From assembly GCA_963666205.1 (NCBI GenBank), contig OY762654.1, positions 2,784,001 through 2,848,000 of the forward strand: a stretch of 64,000 nt of DNA, given 5' to 3'. Both the position numbers and the translations under genes were made by a program. Shown here piece after piece: positions 29,303 to 38,985 of this stretch. Source of the stretch: Synergistales bacterium (lineage in GTDB: Bacteria > Synergistota > Synergistia > Synergistales > JAFGMB01). The notes below the pieces were generated by a model. That model did no database searches. It was not told where the DNA came from and saw nothing but the letters and a program-made list of their open reading frames with translations. Numbering within the stretch: position 1 is the first letter of the stretch; each line of letters starts with the position of its first letter.

Positions 29303-29346
29303 GTCTACGGAACCGCTGGTCACGAGTTCAGATCTTATTCCGCGCT
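29303..29346 (+). repeat. degenerate 3' half of tRNA-Arg(ACG), attR of element C
   Basis: GTCTACGGAACCGCtGGTCACGAGTTCagATCTT.. matches the anticodon arm through T-arm with several mismatches. Confidence 0.85.
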
Positions 29347-29459
29347 AAATCTTTGAAGATCATTAAAGGCTCCCCAGATCGGGAGCCTTTTTTAAAATCC
29401 CACAAAAAAAGAGGCCCGAGAGTCGGGCCTCAAAATGAGATTGGGAAAAACTGTCTGTA

Positions 29460-29696
29460 CTATTGATGTGAAGCCAGAAGTTCGTCTATCTTTTTAGTGT
29501 CATAGCCTATAACGTACTCTTCACCGATCTGTGTTACAGGAACACCCATCTGTTTTGTGTTTTTCACCATTTCCATTGCTGCCTCTCTGTTAGCGCTTAC
29601 ATCAACATGTTCAAACTCTATTCCTTTTTTCTCTAGATAGTCCTTTACTTTTGTGCACCAGGGACAGGTTGGTGTTGAAAATACTTTAATGGTCAT
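29460..29696 (-). CDS. glutaredoxin-like protein (NrdH/YruB family)
   Basis: CPWC, GVPV; SD GGAGG. Confidence 0.9.
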   Translation of the reverse strand: MTIKVFSTPTCPWCTKVKDYLEKKGIEFEHVDVSANREAAMEMVKNTKQMGVPVTQIGEEYVIGYDTKKIDELLASHQ

Positions 29697-30258
29697 CAGA
29701 ATTCCTCCTTCTGTAAATACCCTATATGGGTACAATACACTCTGTGAAGAGTGCTGTCAAGAATCTATTTGATTTTTTATGAACTAATCTGATGTAATTA
29801 TCTGTCATTGTATAAGGGACTTTTAACTTATCATTTAAGTCCGATGGAGTGAGGGTCCTTATAATGCTGATCTCAGCAGATTATTTTAGATCTGAGAAAA
29901 TCAAGGTTCTTTTGCCCGCATTCACAGAGATAAATCTGTCGGAACTTCCTGTTCTTCTAACTTATATTCCATTTTTCCCTTTAACAAAGTTAAAAAATCT
30001 GGTATCGTTATTGAGTCTTGAAGTTAATTGTTTCTAGCTTCAGAAAGGTAATACGCTGAGTGGTTCCTGATTCAGAATCAAAGGATAAGCTTATTGGACT
30101 TATATGTTCACAATGAGGTGCTGAGGTATAAATCACAATTCTACTTTGAGTCCTGGTAGAACCGGGAGGTGGTAGTTTTCATACCTAACCTGATGGCCTG
30201 TGTTTCTGGAAGTCTACTAAAGGAGTTACATATTTATAAAGAAGAGGAGGAATAGATA

Positions 30259-31287
30259 GTGAGAAAGTGTAAATTATTGATAACACTTGTAACAGTGTGT
30301 TTGTTTGTGGTTCTCGCAGGTTCTGCATTTGGGGCGGATATGCCGAAATATGAGCTGAAATTCTCTACGGCCGCGACCCCCATGGAGCCCCAGACCAAGG
30401 GTTTCATGAAATTTGCAGAAGTTATCGAAGAGCTTACCGGAGGTAATATCAAGGTTACCATATATCATTCTGGACAGCTGGCAGACCAGAAAACCCAGGT
30501 TCTAGGAACCATGCGCGGCGATATTGACATGTGTGACGGATCTCCCTCATGGTATGCCGATCTCGTTCCCTATCCCGAAATTGGAGTTCTTGAAGCTGCT
30601 TATGTTTTCAAAAACCTGGACCATCTTTATGCCGTCGTAAACGGACCTATCGGCAAAGCATACTGGGACGAGCTCAGGAAAAGGTCAGGAATGGTGGTTC
30701 TTGACACCTGGTTCCTGGGAACAAGGCAACTGAATCTAACCAAGAAAGCAGGCGTTGTAAAAAAACCGGAAGATCTCAAGGGTGTGAAATTGAGGATGCC
30801 CGGTTCTGAAGCATGGATGGATGTAGGTCGCGGTCTTGGTGCCCAGCCGACTCCCCTTGGATTCAACGAAGTGTATATGGCTCTGAAGACGGGAACTATT
30901 GATGGACAGGATAACCCCCTTCCCACTGACTTTTCAAGCAAGTTCTATGAAGTTACCCACTATATCGTATTGACCGATCACCAGATGACCATTATCAATC
31001 CCACCATCAATGAAAAGCTGTGGAACAATATGCCTGAGGATTACAAGGTCTACATGAAGAAAGCCCTTCTCATTGGAAGAAATCTCTGCAATCAGCTTGT
31101 TCTTGAGCAGGAAGCCAAACTGCTTGCCCAATTCCAGAACGAGTTTGGTATGGAGATAATCATTCCTGACAAGGTTGCTTTCATGGAAAATACCAAGAAA
31201 GTTTACGTGAAAAACGAGAAGATCTGGGGAGAAGGAGTATACGAAAAGATTCAGAACGAAAGTGCAAATGTTTACGAAGCTCAATAA
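30259..31287 (+). CDS. TRAP substrate-binding protein DctP (SiaP-like, sugar acid)
   Basis: Signal peptide, GTRQL, KLRMP, EVY.AL.TG.IDGQDNP. Confidence 0.9.
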   Translation: MRKCKLLITLVTVCLFVVLAGSAFGADMPKYELKFSTAATPMEPQTKGFMKFAEVIEELTGGNIKVTIYHSGQLADQKTQVLGTMRGDIDMCDGSPSWYADLVPYPEIGVLEAAYVFKNLDHLYAVVNGPIGKAYWDELRKRSGMVVLDTWFLGTRQLNLTKKAGVVKKPEDLKGVKLRMPGSEAWMDVGRGLGAQPTPLGFNEVYMALKTGTIDGQDNPLPTDFSSKFYEVTHYIVLTDHQMTIINPTINEKLWNNMPEDYKVYMKKALLIGRNLCNQLVLEQEAKLLAQFQNEFGMEIIIPDKVAFMENTKKVYVKNEKIWGEGVYEKIQNESANVYEAQ

Positions 31288-31423
31288 TATTTCCTGATCT
31301 GGTACAATACCGCTTATTAGTCAAAGGGCAGAAGAATATCTTTTGCCCTTTGACTTCTTTATAATGATTGGGTATTTTCCTTATAATAGATTCAGAAGTT
31401 GATTTACTATCTATCCCAAAGGT

Positions 31424-31957
31424 GTGATATTAGTGGCTGGATATCTGAAAAGGATATATCAGGTAGTTGTTGTTTTTCTGGAGGAATATCTTTCCATGCT
31501 GGCACTGGTTACATGTGCCGCTGCTATAGTGATCCAGGTTTTCTACCGCTATGCCCTCAATATCTCCCTTGACTGGCCCTTTGAACTTTCGATACATGCC
31601 TATATATGGACCCTTTACCTTGGGGCCGCATGGGGGGTCAGAGAAGGCTACCATGTAAGGTTTAACATCATTTATGATAAATTGCCTTACAAAATGCAGA
31701 AGATCGTAAATATTGTTTTTAATACAATTACAACTGTCGTTTTTATCCTTATATTCCTGCCTAACTGGGATTATCTTCTCTTCAACTACAGGATAAAATC
31801 CGTGGCCCTTAAAATACCCTGGACCTATGTGTTCATGGTTTTTCCCATTTTTCTTATCCTGACAATAATTCATAATATCAGTTTTATAGTTGATGATTTC
31901 AAAGCCCTTTACCATTCAGGAGATGTAAAAAGAACTGGAGATAACCGGTCATGCTGA
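31424..31957 (+). CDS. TRAP small permease DctQ
   Basis: 4 TM, HVRF. Confidence 0.88.
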   Translation: MILVAGYLKRIYQVVVVFLEEYLSMLALVTCAAAIVIQVFYRYALNISLDWPFELSIHAYIWTLYLGAAWGVREGYHVRFNIIYDKLPYKMQKIVNIVFNTITTVVFILIFLPNWDYLLFNYRIKSVALKIPWTYVFMVFPIFLILTIIHNISFIVDDFKALYHSGDVKRTGDNRSC

Positions 31958-33243
31958 TTACAATATGGATCGTCGCTTTTATGGTTATGTTCATTTTTGG
32001 ATATCCTATCCTTTTTTCAATATCCGTTCCGTCCATGATCTATATACTTTTATCGGGAGTCAGTCCTGCCGTTATCATGGATCAGATGGTAATAGGATTC
32101 GAGAAACAGTTTGTCCTACTTGCGGTACCTCTATTCATCCTTGCTGCCAAGATAATGAATGAAAGTCTTATAACAGAGCGCCTTTTTGACTTTGCAAACA
32201 GGATGATGGGTTCCCGAAAAGGTGGTTTGGGACACGTCAACGTGCTGGTCTCAATAATCTTTTCAGGAATGACAGGCTCGGCGATCGCAGATGCTTCTGG
32301 CCTTGGTTTAATTGAGATCAAGGCGATGAACGATGCTGGATATGATCCTGAATTCAGCTGTGCTGTTACATCTGCAAGTGCGACCATTGGTCCGATCATA
32401 CCTCCCAGTATACCCATGGTTATATATTCCATGATCTCAGGGGCCTCTCTGGGCTACCTGTTTATTGGAGGCATAATTCCTGGGCTTTTCCTGGGGGTAT
32501 CAATGATGGTTTATATCGCTTATATTTCACATAAACGGAACTATCCATCGGGGGAACCCTTTCATCTCAGATCCCTTGCCAGGTCCTTTTACAAGGCTTT
32601 TTTCCCTCTCCTGACCCCTGTTATTCTCCTCTGGGGAATTTATGGCGGAGTTTTTACTCCTACAGAGGCCGCTGCAGTGACAGTCCTTTATGCTCTGATA
32701 CTTTCAGTATTCGGTTACCGCATACTGGGATTGAGAAAACTTTTGCATATTTTTAAGGATTCTGCCCTCAGTACCGGTTATGTTTCAGCAATGGTGGCTG
32801 GAGCTCTTCTTTTCAGCTACATAGTATCCCGTGAGCAGCTTCCTGCACTTTTAACTAATTTTGTTATGAACTCGGGAATAATAACCAACAAATACACCTT
32901 TCTGCTTTTCGTAAATGTTCTTTTACTTCTTCTGGGATGTGTCATGGATCCTATCGTCGGAGAACTTATCGTTATGCCTATTCTTGTCCCCATCGCTATA
33001 TTTTTCGAAGTCGACCTGATCCATCTGGGAGTTGTTTCGGTCCTTAATTCCATGATCGGTCTATCGACGCCACCCTATGGTGAAAATCTGTTCATAGTAA
33101 GCGCCTTATCAAAGGTTCCTTTGGGAGGGATCATAAGGGAAATGTGGCCCTTCCTTGGTGTTCTTATATTTGTGTTGTTAACGTGTACCTATATCCCGGA
33201 TATTGTTCTGCTTCTTCCCAAAATGGCTGGGTATATGCCATAG
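31951..33243 (+). CDS. TRAP large permease DctM
   Basis: GMTGSA.AD, IIPPSIP, TPTEA, TPP.G. Confidence 0.92.
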   Translation: MLITIWIVAFMVMFIFGYPILFSISVPSMIYILLSGVSPAVIMDQMVIGFEKQFVLLAVPLFILAAKIMNESLITERLFDFANRMMGSRKGGLGHVNVLVSIIFSGMTGSAIADASGLGLIEIKAMNDAGYDPEFSCAVTSASATIGPIIPPSIPMVIYSMISGASLGYLFIGGIIPGLFLGVSMMVYIAYISHKRNYPSGEPFHLRSLARSFYKAFFPLLTPVILLWGIYGGVFTPTEAAAVTVLYALILSVFGYRILGLRKLLHIFKDSALSTGYVSAMVAGALLFSYIVSREQLPALLTNFVMNSGIITNKYTFLLFVNVLLLLLGCVMDPIVGELIVMPILVPIAIFFEVDLIHLGVVSVLNSMIGLSTPPYGENLFIVSALSKVPLGGIIREMWPFLGVLIFVLLTCTYIPDIVLLLPKMAGYMP

Positions 33244-33313
33244 TTCATTATATGTGTTCTGACCATATTCTTATTATTCCAATTACTGTAATAAGCAGGA
33301 GGAAAGAGTATTA

Positions 33314-34051
33314 ATGAAAACAATAGGAGTTATCCCGTCAAGATACGGTTCCACCCGGCTCCCCGGTAAACCATTGAAAGATATCTGTGGAAAATCCATG
33401 GTTCAAAGGGTATATGAAGCCGTTCAGGGTGCTTCAATGATCGATGAGGTAATTGTTGCAACTGATGATGAAAGGATAGTTGAAGAAGTAAGGAGTTTTG
33501 GAGGTAGGGCTGTAATTACCTCCCCGGAACATCCCAACGGTACATCACGGATAGCCGAGGCAGTTGAATCTCTGGATGTGGATCTGGTTATCAATATCCA
33601 GGGTGATGAACCATTCATAAGGGGCGTTATGATAGATGAGCTTCTTGAAGTTATGATAAAGGATCCCGGGATCTCAATGGCGACCCTCTGTTATCAGCTG
33701 ACTGACCCGGCAACCTTTACAAACGAGAATGTCGTAAAGGTTGTTTCAGATATCCATGGTAATGCCCTCTACTTCAGCCGGTCCATGATCCCCTTTCCCA
33801 GAAAGGCAGATTCGCTCAAAGTATATGAACATCTGGGCATATACGGTTACAGGAAGGACTTCCTCGAAAAATACATCGCTCTGGAGGATACTCCCTTATC
33901 AATGACTGAATCTCTGGAACAGCTGAAGGTCCTGGAGCATGGTTACAGAATATTTGTAGTTGAGACAAAACATGAGTATCACGCTTTAAGCATTGATACT
34001 CTGGAAGATCTTGAAGAAGCCAGACGGATAATACAAAGCAGAGGAGTGTAA
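33314..34051 (+). CDS. kdsB: 3-deoxy-manno-octulosonate cytidylyltransferase (CMP-Kdo synthetase)
   Basis: IP.RYGSTRLPGKPL, GT.R, NIQGDEP, ALYFSR..IP, HLGIY.YR, LEQL..LE.G. Confidence 0.93.
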   Translation: MKTIGVIPSRYGSTRLPGKPLKDICGKSMVQRVYEAVQGASMIDEVIVATDDERIVEEVRSFGGRAVITSPEHPNGTSRIAEAVESLDVDLVINIQGDEPFIRGVMIDELLEVMIKDPGISMATLCYQLTDPATFTNENVVKVVSDIHGNALYFSRSMIPFPRKADSLKVYEHLGIYGYRKDFLEKYIALEDTPLSMTESLEQLKVLEHGYRIFVVETKHEYHALSIDTLEDLEEARRIIQSRGV

Positions 34052-34093
34052 CGGTTTTGTAGATTTCTGTTCAATTCACAAGAGTATTGATTT

Positions 34094-34125
34094 CACCCCT
34101 GGAAGGTCTCCAGGGGTGTTTTTTT
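34094..34125 (+). terminator. intrinsic terminator after kdsB
   Basis: CACCCCTGGA / TCCAGGGGTG plus T-tract. Confidence 0.8.
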
Positions 34126-34263
34126 ATTCCATAAAATCCTGAATACTTCTGAAATACATGAAATCCATGGGGTTATCTCCTTAACTGATTCCAAAATAAG
34201 ATGAATTAGTGATAATATATCTTATTAAAGAGCCACAGTATTGAGAATAGGAGGTATAGTCCT

Positions 34264-35157
34264 ATGATCAGGATGCAGGACCTTGTAGTACCTGTTATTA
34301 CTCCATTTGATAAGAATGGTGAAATTGATCCGCTGGGCATTCGGGATCTCTTTGATTTTCTTATCAGAGCTGGAGTTCGGAATTTTTATATTCTGGGAAC
34401 GACTGGGGAAGTCTTTCTGATGGACAAGGAGGAACGGAAAAGAATTACAGAACTTGTTGTAGATCATGTTTCAGATAACGGAAATGTCTATGTTCATGTC
34501 GGCTCTTCTTCAACCAGGGAAGCATGTGAACTTGCAAGGCATGCTGAAAGCCTTGGAATCGCAGGAATTGGTGCTGTTACTCCTTTTTATTTTCATGTTA
34601 GCCAACGGGAAATGGAACAGTATTATCTTGAAATAGCCAGAAGTGTGAGTGAAGATCTTCCTGTCTACCTTTATAACATTCCAGGGTGTTCCACCAATGA
34701 CCTTCTTCCCCGGACAGTTGCAAATCTCGCTGAAATCACAAATATTGTGGGTATAAAGAACAGCATGGCAGATATATTCAGGCTGAGTCAGCTCATCGAT
34801 GAGACCCCGGATGATTTTGATGTTCTTATAGGGGCAGATAACATCCTTTTGTCAGCTATCCTTTATGGAGCAAAGGGAAGTGTTTCCGGGAATGCCAATG
34901 TTTTTCCGGAAATATTCCTGGATTTTTATAAGGCCATGCATGATAGAGACTACGAACGGGCTCACTCTCAACAGATCCTTATCAATCGGATTGCAAACCT
35001 GTTAAAAAATGGTGCGAATCTGGCTTATTTTAAACATGCCCTTTTATGCAGAGGATGTCGGCCTATGTTTACAAGGAAACCCCTGATGGGTCTCGAAGAG
35101 AGTGAAAAAAAAGAACTTCATAAAGAGATAGATGAAATAGTGGCAAGCTATATCTGA
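34264..35157 (+). CDS. DHDPS/N-acetylneuraminate lyase family class I aldolase (candidate Kdo aldolase)
   Basis: ITPF, GTTGE, YLYNIP, GIKNS Schiff-base lysine. Confidence 0.88.
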   Translation: MIRMQDLVVPVITPFDKNGEIDPLGIRDLFDFLIRAGVRNFYILGTTGEVFLMDKEERKRITELVVDHVSDNGNVYVHVGSSSTREACELARHAESLGIAGIGAVTPFYFHVSQREMEQYYLEIARSVSEDLPVYLYNIPGCSTNDLLPRTVANLAEITNIVGIKNSMADIFRLSQLIDETPDDFDVLIGADNILLSAILYGAKGSVSGNANVFPEIFLDFYKAMHDRDYERAHSQQILINRIANLLKNGANLAYFKHALLCRGCRPMFTRKPLMGLEESEKKELHKEIDEIVASYI

Positions 35158-35259
35158 TCCTTTTATGGATCGGAAACCGGTCTTCGATGGAAGAGTTTCC
35201 CATTACCCGGTATTTTACGTAACCATCTTGTAGGACAAGTCTTAAGGAGGGGGTAAAAG

Positions 35260-37056
35260 ATGCCCATAGTGAAAAACAGACTTCAGGGAGCAATGCCCAA
35301 GGTTGGCATACGTCCTGTTATCGATGGCCGCAGAAGGGGTATAAGGGAATCCCTTGAAGATCAGACCATGGACATGGCTCATGCTGCCGGCCGACTTATA
35401 TCGGAGAAACTCAGGCATCCTGATGGGTCTCCTGTGGAATGCATATTTGCTGATACTACCATTGGTGGTGTGGCGGAAGCTGCAAAATGTGCAGAGAAGT
35501 TCGCCAGGGAAGGTGTAGGTGTTTCACTCTCTGTTACTCCATGCTGGTGTTATGGAATGGAGACTATAGATATGGACCCTCTTATTCCAAAGGCTATCTG
35601 GGGTTTTAACGGTACAGAAAGACCTGGAGCAGTTTATCTTTCTGCAGCATTGGCTGCTCATGACCAGGCAGGACTTCCCGCTTTCGGGATATATGGCCGG
35701 GATGTTCAGGATGCCAATGATAAAACTATCCCGGACGATGTTCAGGAAAAGATACTCCAGTTTACTAAAGCAGGTCTGGCTGTTGCAACTATGAGGGGCA
35801 GGTCATATTTATCCATCGGAAGTGTTTCCATGGGAATAGCCGGTTCTCAGGTCAATGCTTCATTCTTCCAGGATTACATGGGGATGAGAACTGAATATGT
35901 GGATATGTCCGAGATCATACGCAGGATAGAGGAAAAGATCTACGATGAAGAAGAATTCATAAAAGCCCTTGAGTGGGTGAGGAACAACTGTCCGGAAGGA
36001 GAGGATCGTAACAGGAATGAAATAAAGCACTCCCGTTTACGCAAAGATGAAGAATGGGAAATGGTAGTAAAAATGACCATCATAGCAAGGGATCTTATGG
36101 TAGGGAACGAAAGGCTTGGATCACTCGGATACGAAGAAGAAGGGGAGGGGCATAATGCCATAGTTGGAGGTTTCCAGGGGCAAAGGCAGTGGACTGACCA
36201 TTTCCCGAACGGAGATTTTACAGAAACCATTCTCAATTCTTCCTTCGACTGGAACGGGATCAGAGAAGCCTTTGTTTTTGCCACAGAAAATGACAGCCTC
36301 AATGGAATTACCATGCTTTTCAACCATCTTCTGAGTGACAGGGCCCAGATCTTTTCCGACATAAGGACCTACTGGAGCCCCGAAGCAGTGAAAAGGGTAA
36401 CGGGTATAGAATTGAAGGGACTTGCCGCTAATGGTTTTCTCCATCTTATAAATTCAGGGTCTACTACGCTGGATGCTACGGGTGAACAGAAGGAGAATGG
36501 AGAATCTGTGATGAAGCCCTTCTGGGAGATAACGAAGGAAGAAACGAAGGCTTGTCTCGAAAGTACAAAATGGTCTCCAGCGAGCCTGGAGTATTTCAGA
36601 GGAGGCGGTTTCTCTTCAACCTTCCGTACAAAAGGGGTCATGCCTGTCACCATGGCCAGGGTAAATCTGATAAAGGGACTTGGACCTGTTATACAGATCG
36701 CTGAAGGCCATACAATGGATCTTCCTCCGGAAGTTCATCGTACCATTGATGACAGGACGGATCCTACCTGGCCGACCACTTGGTTCGTTCCCCGTCTTAC
36801 AGGAAAAGGAGCCTTCACCGATATATATTCCGTAATGAATAACTGGGGTGCCAATCATGGCGCTATCAGTTACGGTCATATAGGTAAGGACCTGATAACT
36901 TTAGCCTCCATGCTCCGTATACCTGTTTCCATGCACAATATACCGGAAGAAAAGATCTTCAGACCAAAAGCCTGGGCCTCCTTCGGTACCTTTGGCCTTG
37001 AAGGTGCGGATTTCAGGGTATGTCAGAGTTTTGGCCCATTATACGGCAGAAGGTAG
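35260..37056 (+). CDS. fucI: L-fucose isomerase (D-arabinose isomerase)
   Basis: [45 protein letters not shown]. Confidence 0.95.
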   Translation: MPIVKNRLQGAMPKVGIRPVIDGRRRGIRESLEDQTMDMAHAAGRLISEKLRHPDGSPVECIFADTTIGGVAEAAKCAEKFAREGVGVSLSVTPCWCYGMETIDMDPLIPKAIWGFNGTERPGAVYLSAALAAHDQAGLPAFGIYGRDVQDANDKTIPDDVQEKILQFTKAGLAVATMRGRSYLSIGSVSMGIAGSQVNASFFQDYMGMRTEYVDMSEIIRRIEEKIYDEEEFIKALEWVRNNCPEGEDRNRNEIKHSRLRKDEEWEMVVKMTIIARDLMVGNERLGSLGYEEEGEGHNAIVGGFQGQRQWTDHFPNGDFTETILNSSFDWNGIREAFVFATENDSLNGITMLFNHLLSDRAQIFSDIRTYWSPEAVKRVTGIELKGLAANGFLHLINSGSTTLDATGEQKENGESVMKPFWEITKEETKACLESTKWSPASLEYFRGGGFSSTFRTKGVMPVTMARVNLIKGLGPVIQIAEGHTMDLPPEVHRTIDDRTDPTWPTTWFVPRLTGKGAFTDIYSVMNNWGANHGAISYGHIGKDLITLASMLRIPVSMHNIPEEKIFRPKAWASFGTFGLEGADFRVCQSFGPLYGRR

Positions 37057-37068
37057 AGGCATTTTAAG

Positions 37069-38727
37069 ATGAGTAAATATGCTCTTGGCCTCGATTTCGG
37101 AACATTGAACGGCAGGGTGCTCCTTGTGGATGTTGATACAGGTGAAGAGGTGGGTACATCAGTATATGCCTATAGTTGCGGTGTTATCGATAAATACCTT
37201 CCGGACAGTGAAATAGAACTTGGCCTGGATTGGGCACTTCAGAATCCTGCCGATTATATCGATGTACTGGAACATGCTGTTCCAGATGTTTTGCAAATAT
37301 CAGGTGTCTCACCGGAAGATGTCATAGGTATCGGTGTCGATTTTACTTCTTCTACGATTCTGCCCATTGATGCAGATGGAGTTCCCCTGTGTCTGTACGA
37401 TCAATGGAAAGAAGATCCCCATTCATGGGTCAAACTCTGGAAGCATCACGCAGCAGAACCTTATGCAAACAGGCTCAGAGATATTGCTTACATGCGTAAA
37501 GAGAAATTTATATTCCGTTACGGGGGAAAGGTTTCCTCGGAATGGATGTTGCCCAAAATATGGCAGGTTCTGGAGGAAGCACCTGAAATATACAAGGCAG
37601 CTCATCATTTTATTGAGGCGGGAGACTGGATAGTGCTTCAAATGACGGGCAATGAAAGACGCAGCTCCTGTAATGCCGGTTATAAGGCTATTTGGGACAA
37701 AAGAGAAGGTTATCCTTCTCAGGCCTTTTTTGCCGCCCTCAATCCTGATTTGAAGAATGTAGTAGAGGAAAAACTTTCGACGGATATTTACCCTCCAGGT
37801 TTTAGGGCGGGCGGTCTGACTTCAGATATGGCTCAAAAGACCGGATTGAAACCAGGAACACCTGTCGCGGTGGGGATAATAGATGCCCATGCCGCTGTCC
37901 CGGGTTCTACGGTGACCGGACCTGGCAAGATGGTCCTGATAATGGGAACATCCACATGTCATATGCTTCTGGACTCGAGCCAGAAATTTATCAAAGGGAT
38001 CCCGGGTGTAGTAGAGGATGGGATCCTTCCAGGATACTTTGGTTACGAGGCTGGACAAGCGGCTGTCGGAGATAGCTTTGACTGGTTTGTTTCAAACTTT
38101 ACTCCCGGGTTTTATGAAAGGGAGGCCATGAAAAGGGGAATAACTATTTATGACCTCCTGGAGGAAAAGGCTTCGAGACTGAAACCGGGAGAAAATGGAC
38201 TTCTGGCCCTTGACTGGTGGAATGGCAACAGGTCCATCCTTAATAATGCTGATCTTTCCGGAATGATATTGGGTTTTAACCTTAATACGAAGCCAGAAGA
38301 GATCTTCAGAGCTATGGTAGAGGCAACTGCTTTTGGAACGAGAATGATCATCGATACTATTGTGGAAAATGGGGTTGAAATAGAAGAACTTTATGCCTGT
38401 GGCGGAATGCCCCATAAAGATAGAATGCTTATGCAGATCTATGCGGATGTTACAGGACGTGAGATCAGAGTTGCTGCTTCCAGTCAGGCTTCAGCCCTTG
38501 GAGCAGCAATGTTTGGAGCCCTTGCTGCCGGAAGTGCTGGCGATGGATATGATTCAATAGAAGATGCTGTGGCCGTAATGGCTTCAATAGAGGATAAGAT
38601 ATATGAACCTGTCCCGGAAAATGTCAGTATTTACAATAGATTGTTTGACGAGTTCAGAAAAATTCACGATTATTTCGGCAGGGGAGAAAACCCGGTAATG
38701 GAGTTTCTGAAGTCTGTAAGACTTTAA
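37069..38727 (+). CDS. araB: ribulokinase (FGGY family)
   Basis: GLDFGT, LWKHHAA, YGGK.SSEW, DAH, YEAGQ.AVGD, LDWWNGNR. Confidence 0.88.
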   Translation: MSKYALGLDFGTLNGRVLLVDVDTGEEVGTSVYAYSCGVIDKYLPDSEIELGLDWALQNPADYIDVLEHAVPDVLQISGVSPEDVIGIGVDFTSSTILPIDADGVPLCLYDQWKEDPHSWVKLWKHHAAEPYANRLRDIAYMRKEKFIFRYGGKVSSEWMLPKIWQVLEEAPEIYKAAHHFIEAGDWIVLQMTGNERRSSCNAGYKAIWDKREGYPSQAFFAALNPDLKNVVEEKLSTDIYPPGFRAGGLTSDMAQKTGLKPGTPVAVGIIDAHAAVPGSTVTGPGKMVLIMGTSTCHMLLDSSQKFIKGIPGVVEDGILPGYFGYEAGQAAVGDSFDWFVSNFTPGFYEREAMKRGITIYDLLEEKASRLKPGENGLLALDWWNGNRSILNNADLSGMILGFNLNTKPEEIFRAMVEATAFGTRMIIDTIVENGVEIEELYACGGMPHKDRMLMQIYADVTGREIRVAASSQASALGAAMFGALAAGSAGDGYDSIEDAVAVMASIEDKIYEPVPENVSIYNRLFDEFRKIHDYFGRGENPVMEFLKSVRL

Positions 38728-38781
38728 ACCAGCTTGCTGAACTGAATTGTTCTTCTTGCATTACAACATTATCCTAATCTT

Positions 38782-38817
38782 GGGACAGTTCCTGTGAATC
38801 AGGATCTGTCCTTTTTT
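38782..38817 (+). terminator. terminator after ribulokinase
   Basis: GGACAG.TCCTG / CAGGA.CTGTCC plus T-tract. Confidence 0.65.
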
Positions 38818-38985
38818 GTCCTTCGTAGTTTTCTTCTCCAATACCTCTATTTAATGTATTTACAACTCGGCCTTGTTCTAGTACTACCAGTAGTGGTAGA
38901 GTTAATTGTTATAATGATAGCTGTTTTTTCAATTTAAGGTTTTTTGAAATCCCAATCCTTGATAGAGAAGGTGGAAGAATAAACT

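Larger units (their letters stand above)
14083..29346. mobile_element. integrative element C (integrase, putative defence pair, resolvase, TRAP catabolic cargo)
   Basis: Integrase next to tRNA; degenerate tRNA 3' half at right end; paired GAGACCGTCG motifs near both ends. Confidence 0.8.

Noticed and set aside
29269-29466. 65-aa ORF, or a third functional tRNA
   Set aside because: The ORF spans attR and terminators; the tRNA lacks its 5' half, T-loop consensus and CCA
29740-30250. Possible riboswitch upstream of the Kdo-linked TRAP operon
   Set aside because: No recognisable aptamer consensus or terminator
34264-35157. Annotation as dapA (lysine biosynthesis)
   Set aside because: Sugar-catabolic context and no dap genes nearby favour a different aldolase of the same fold
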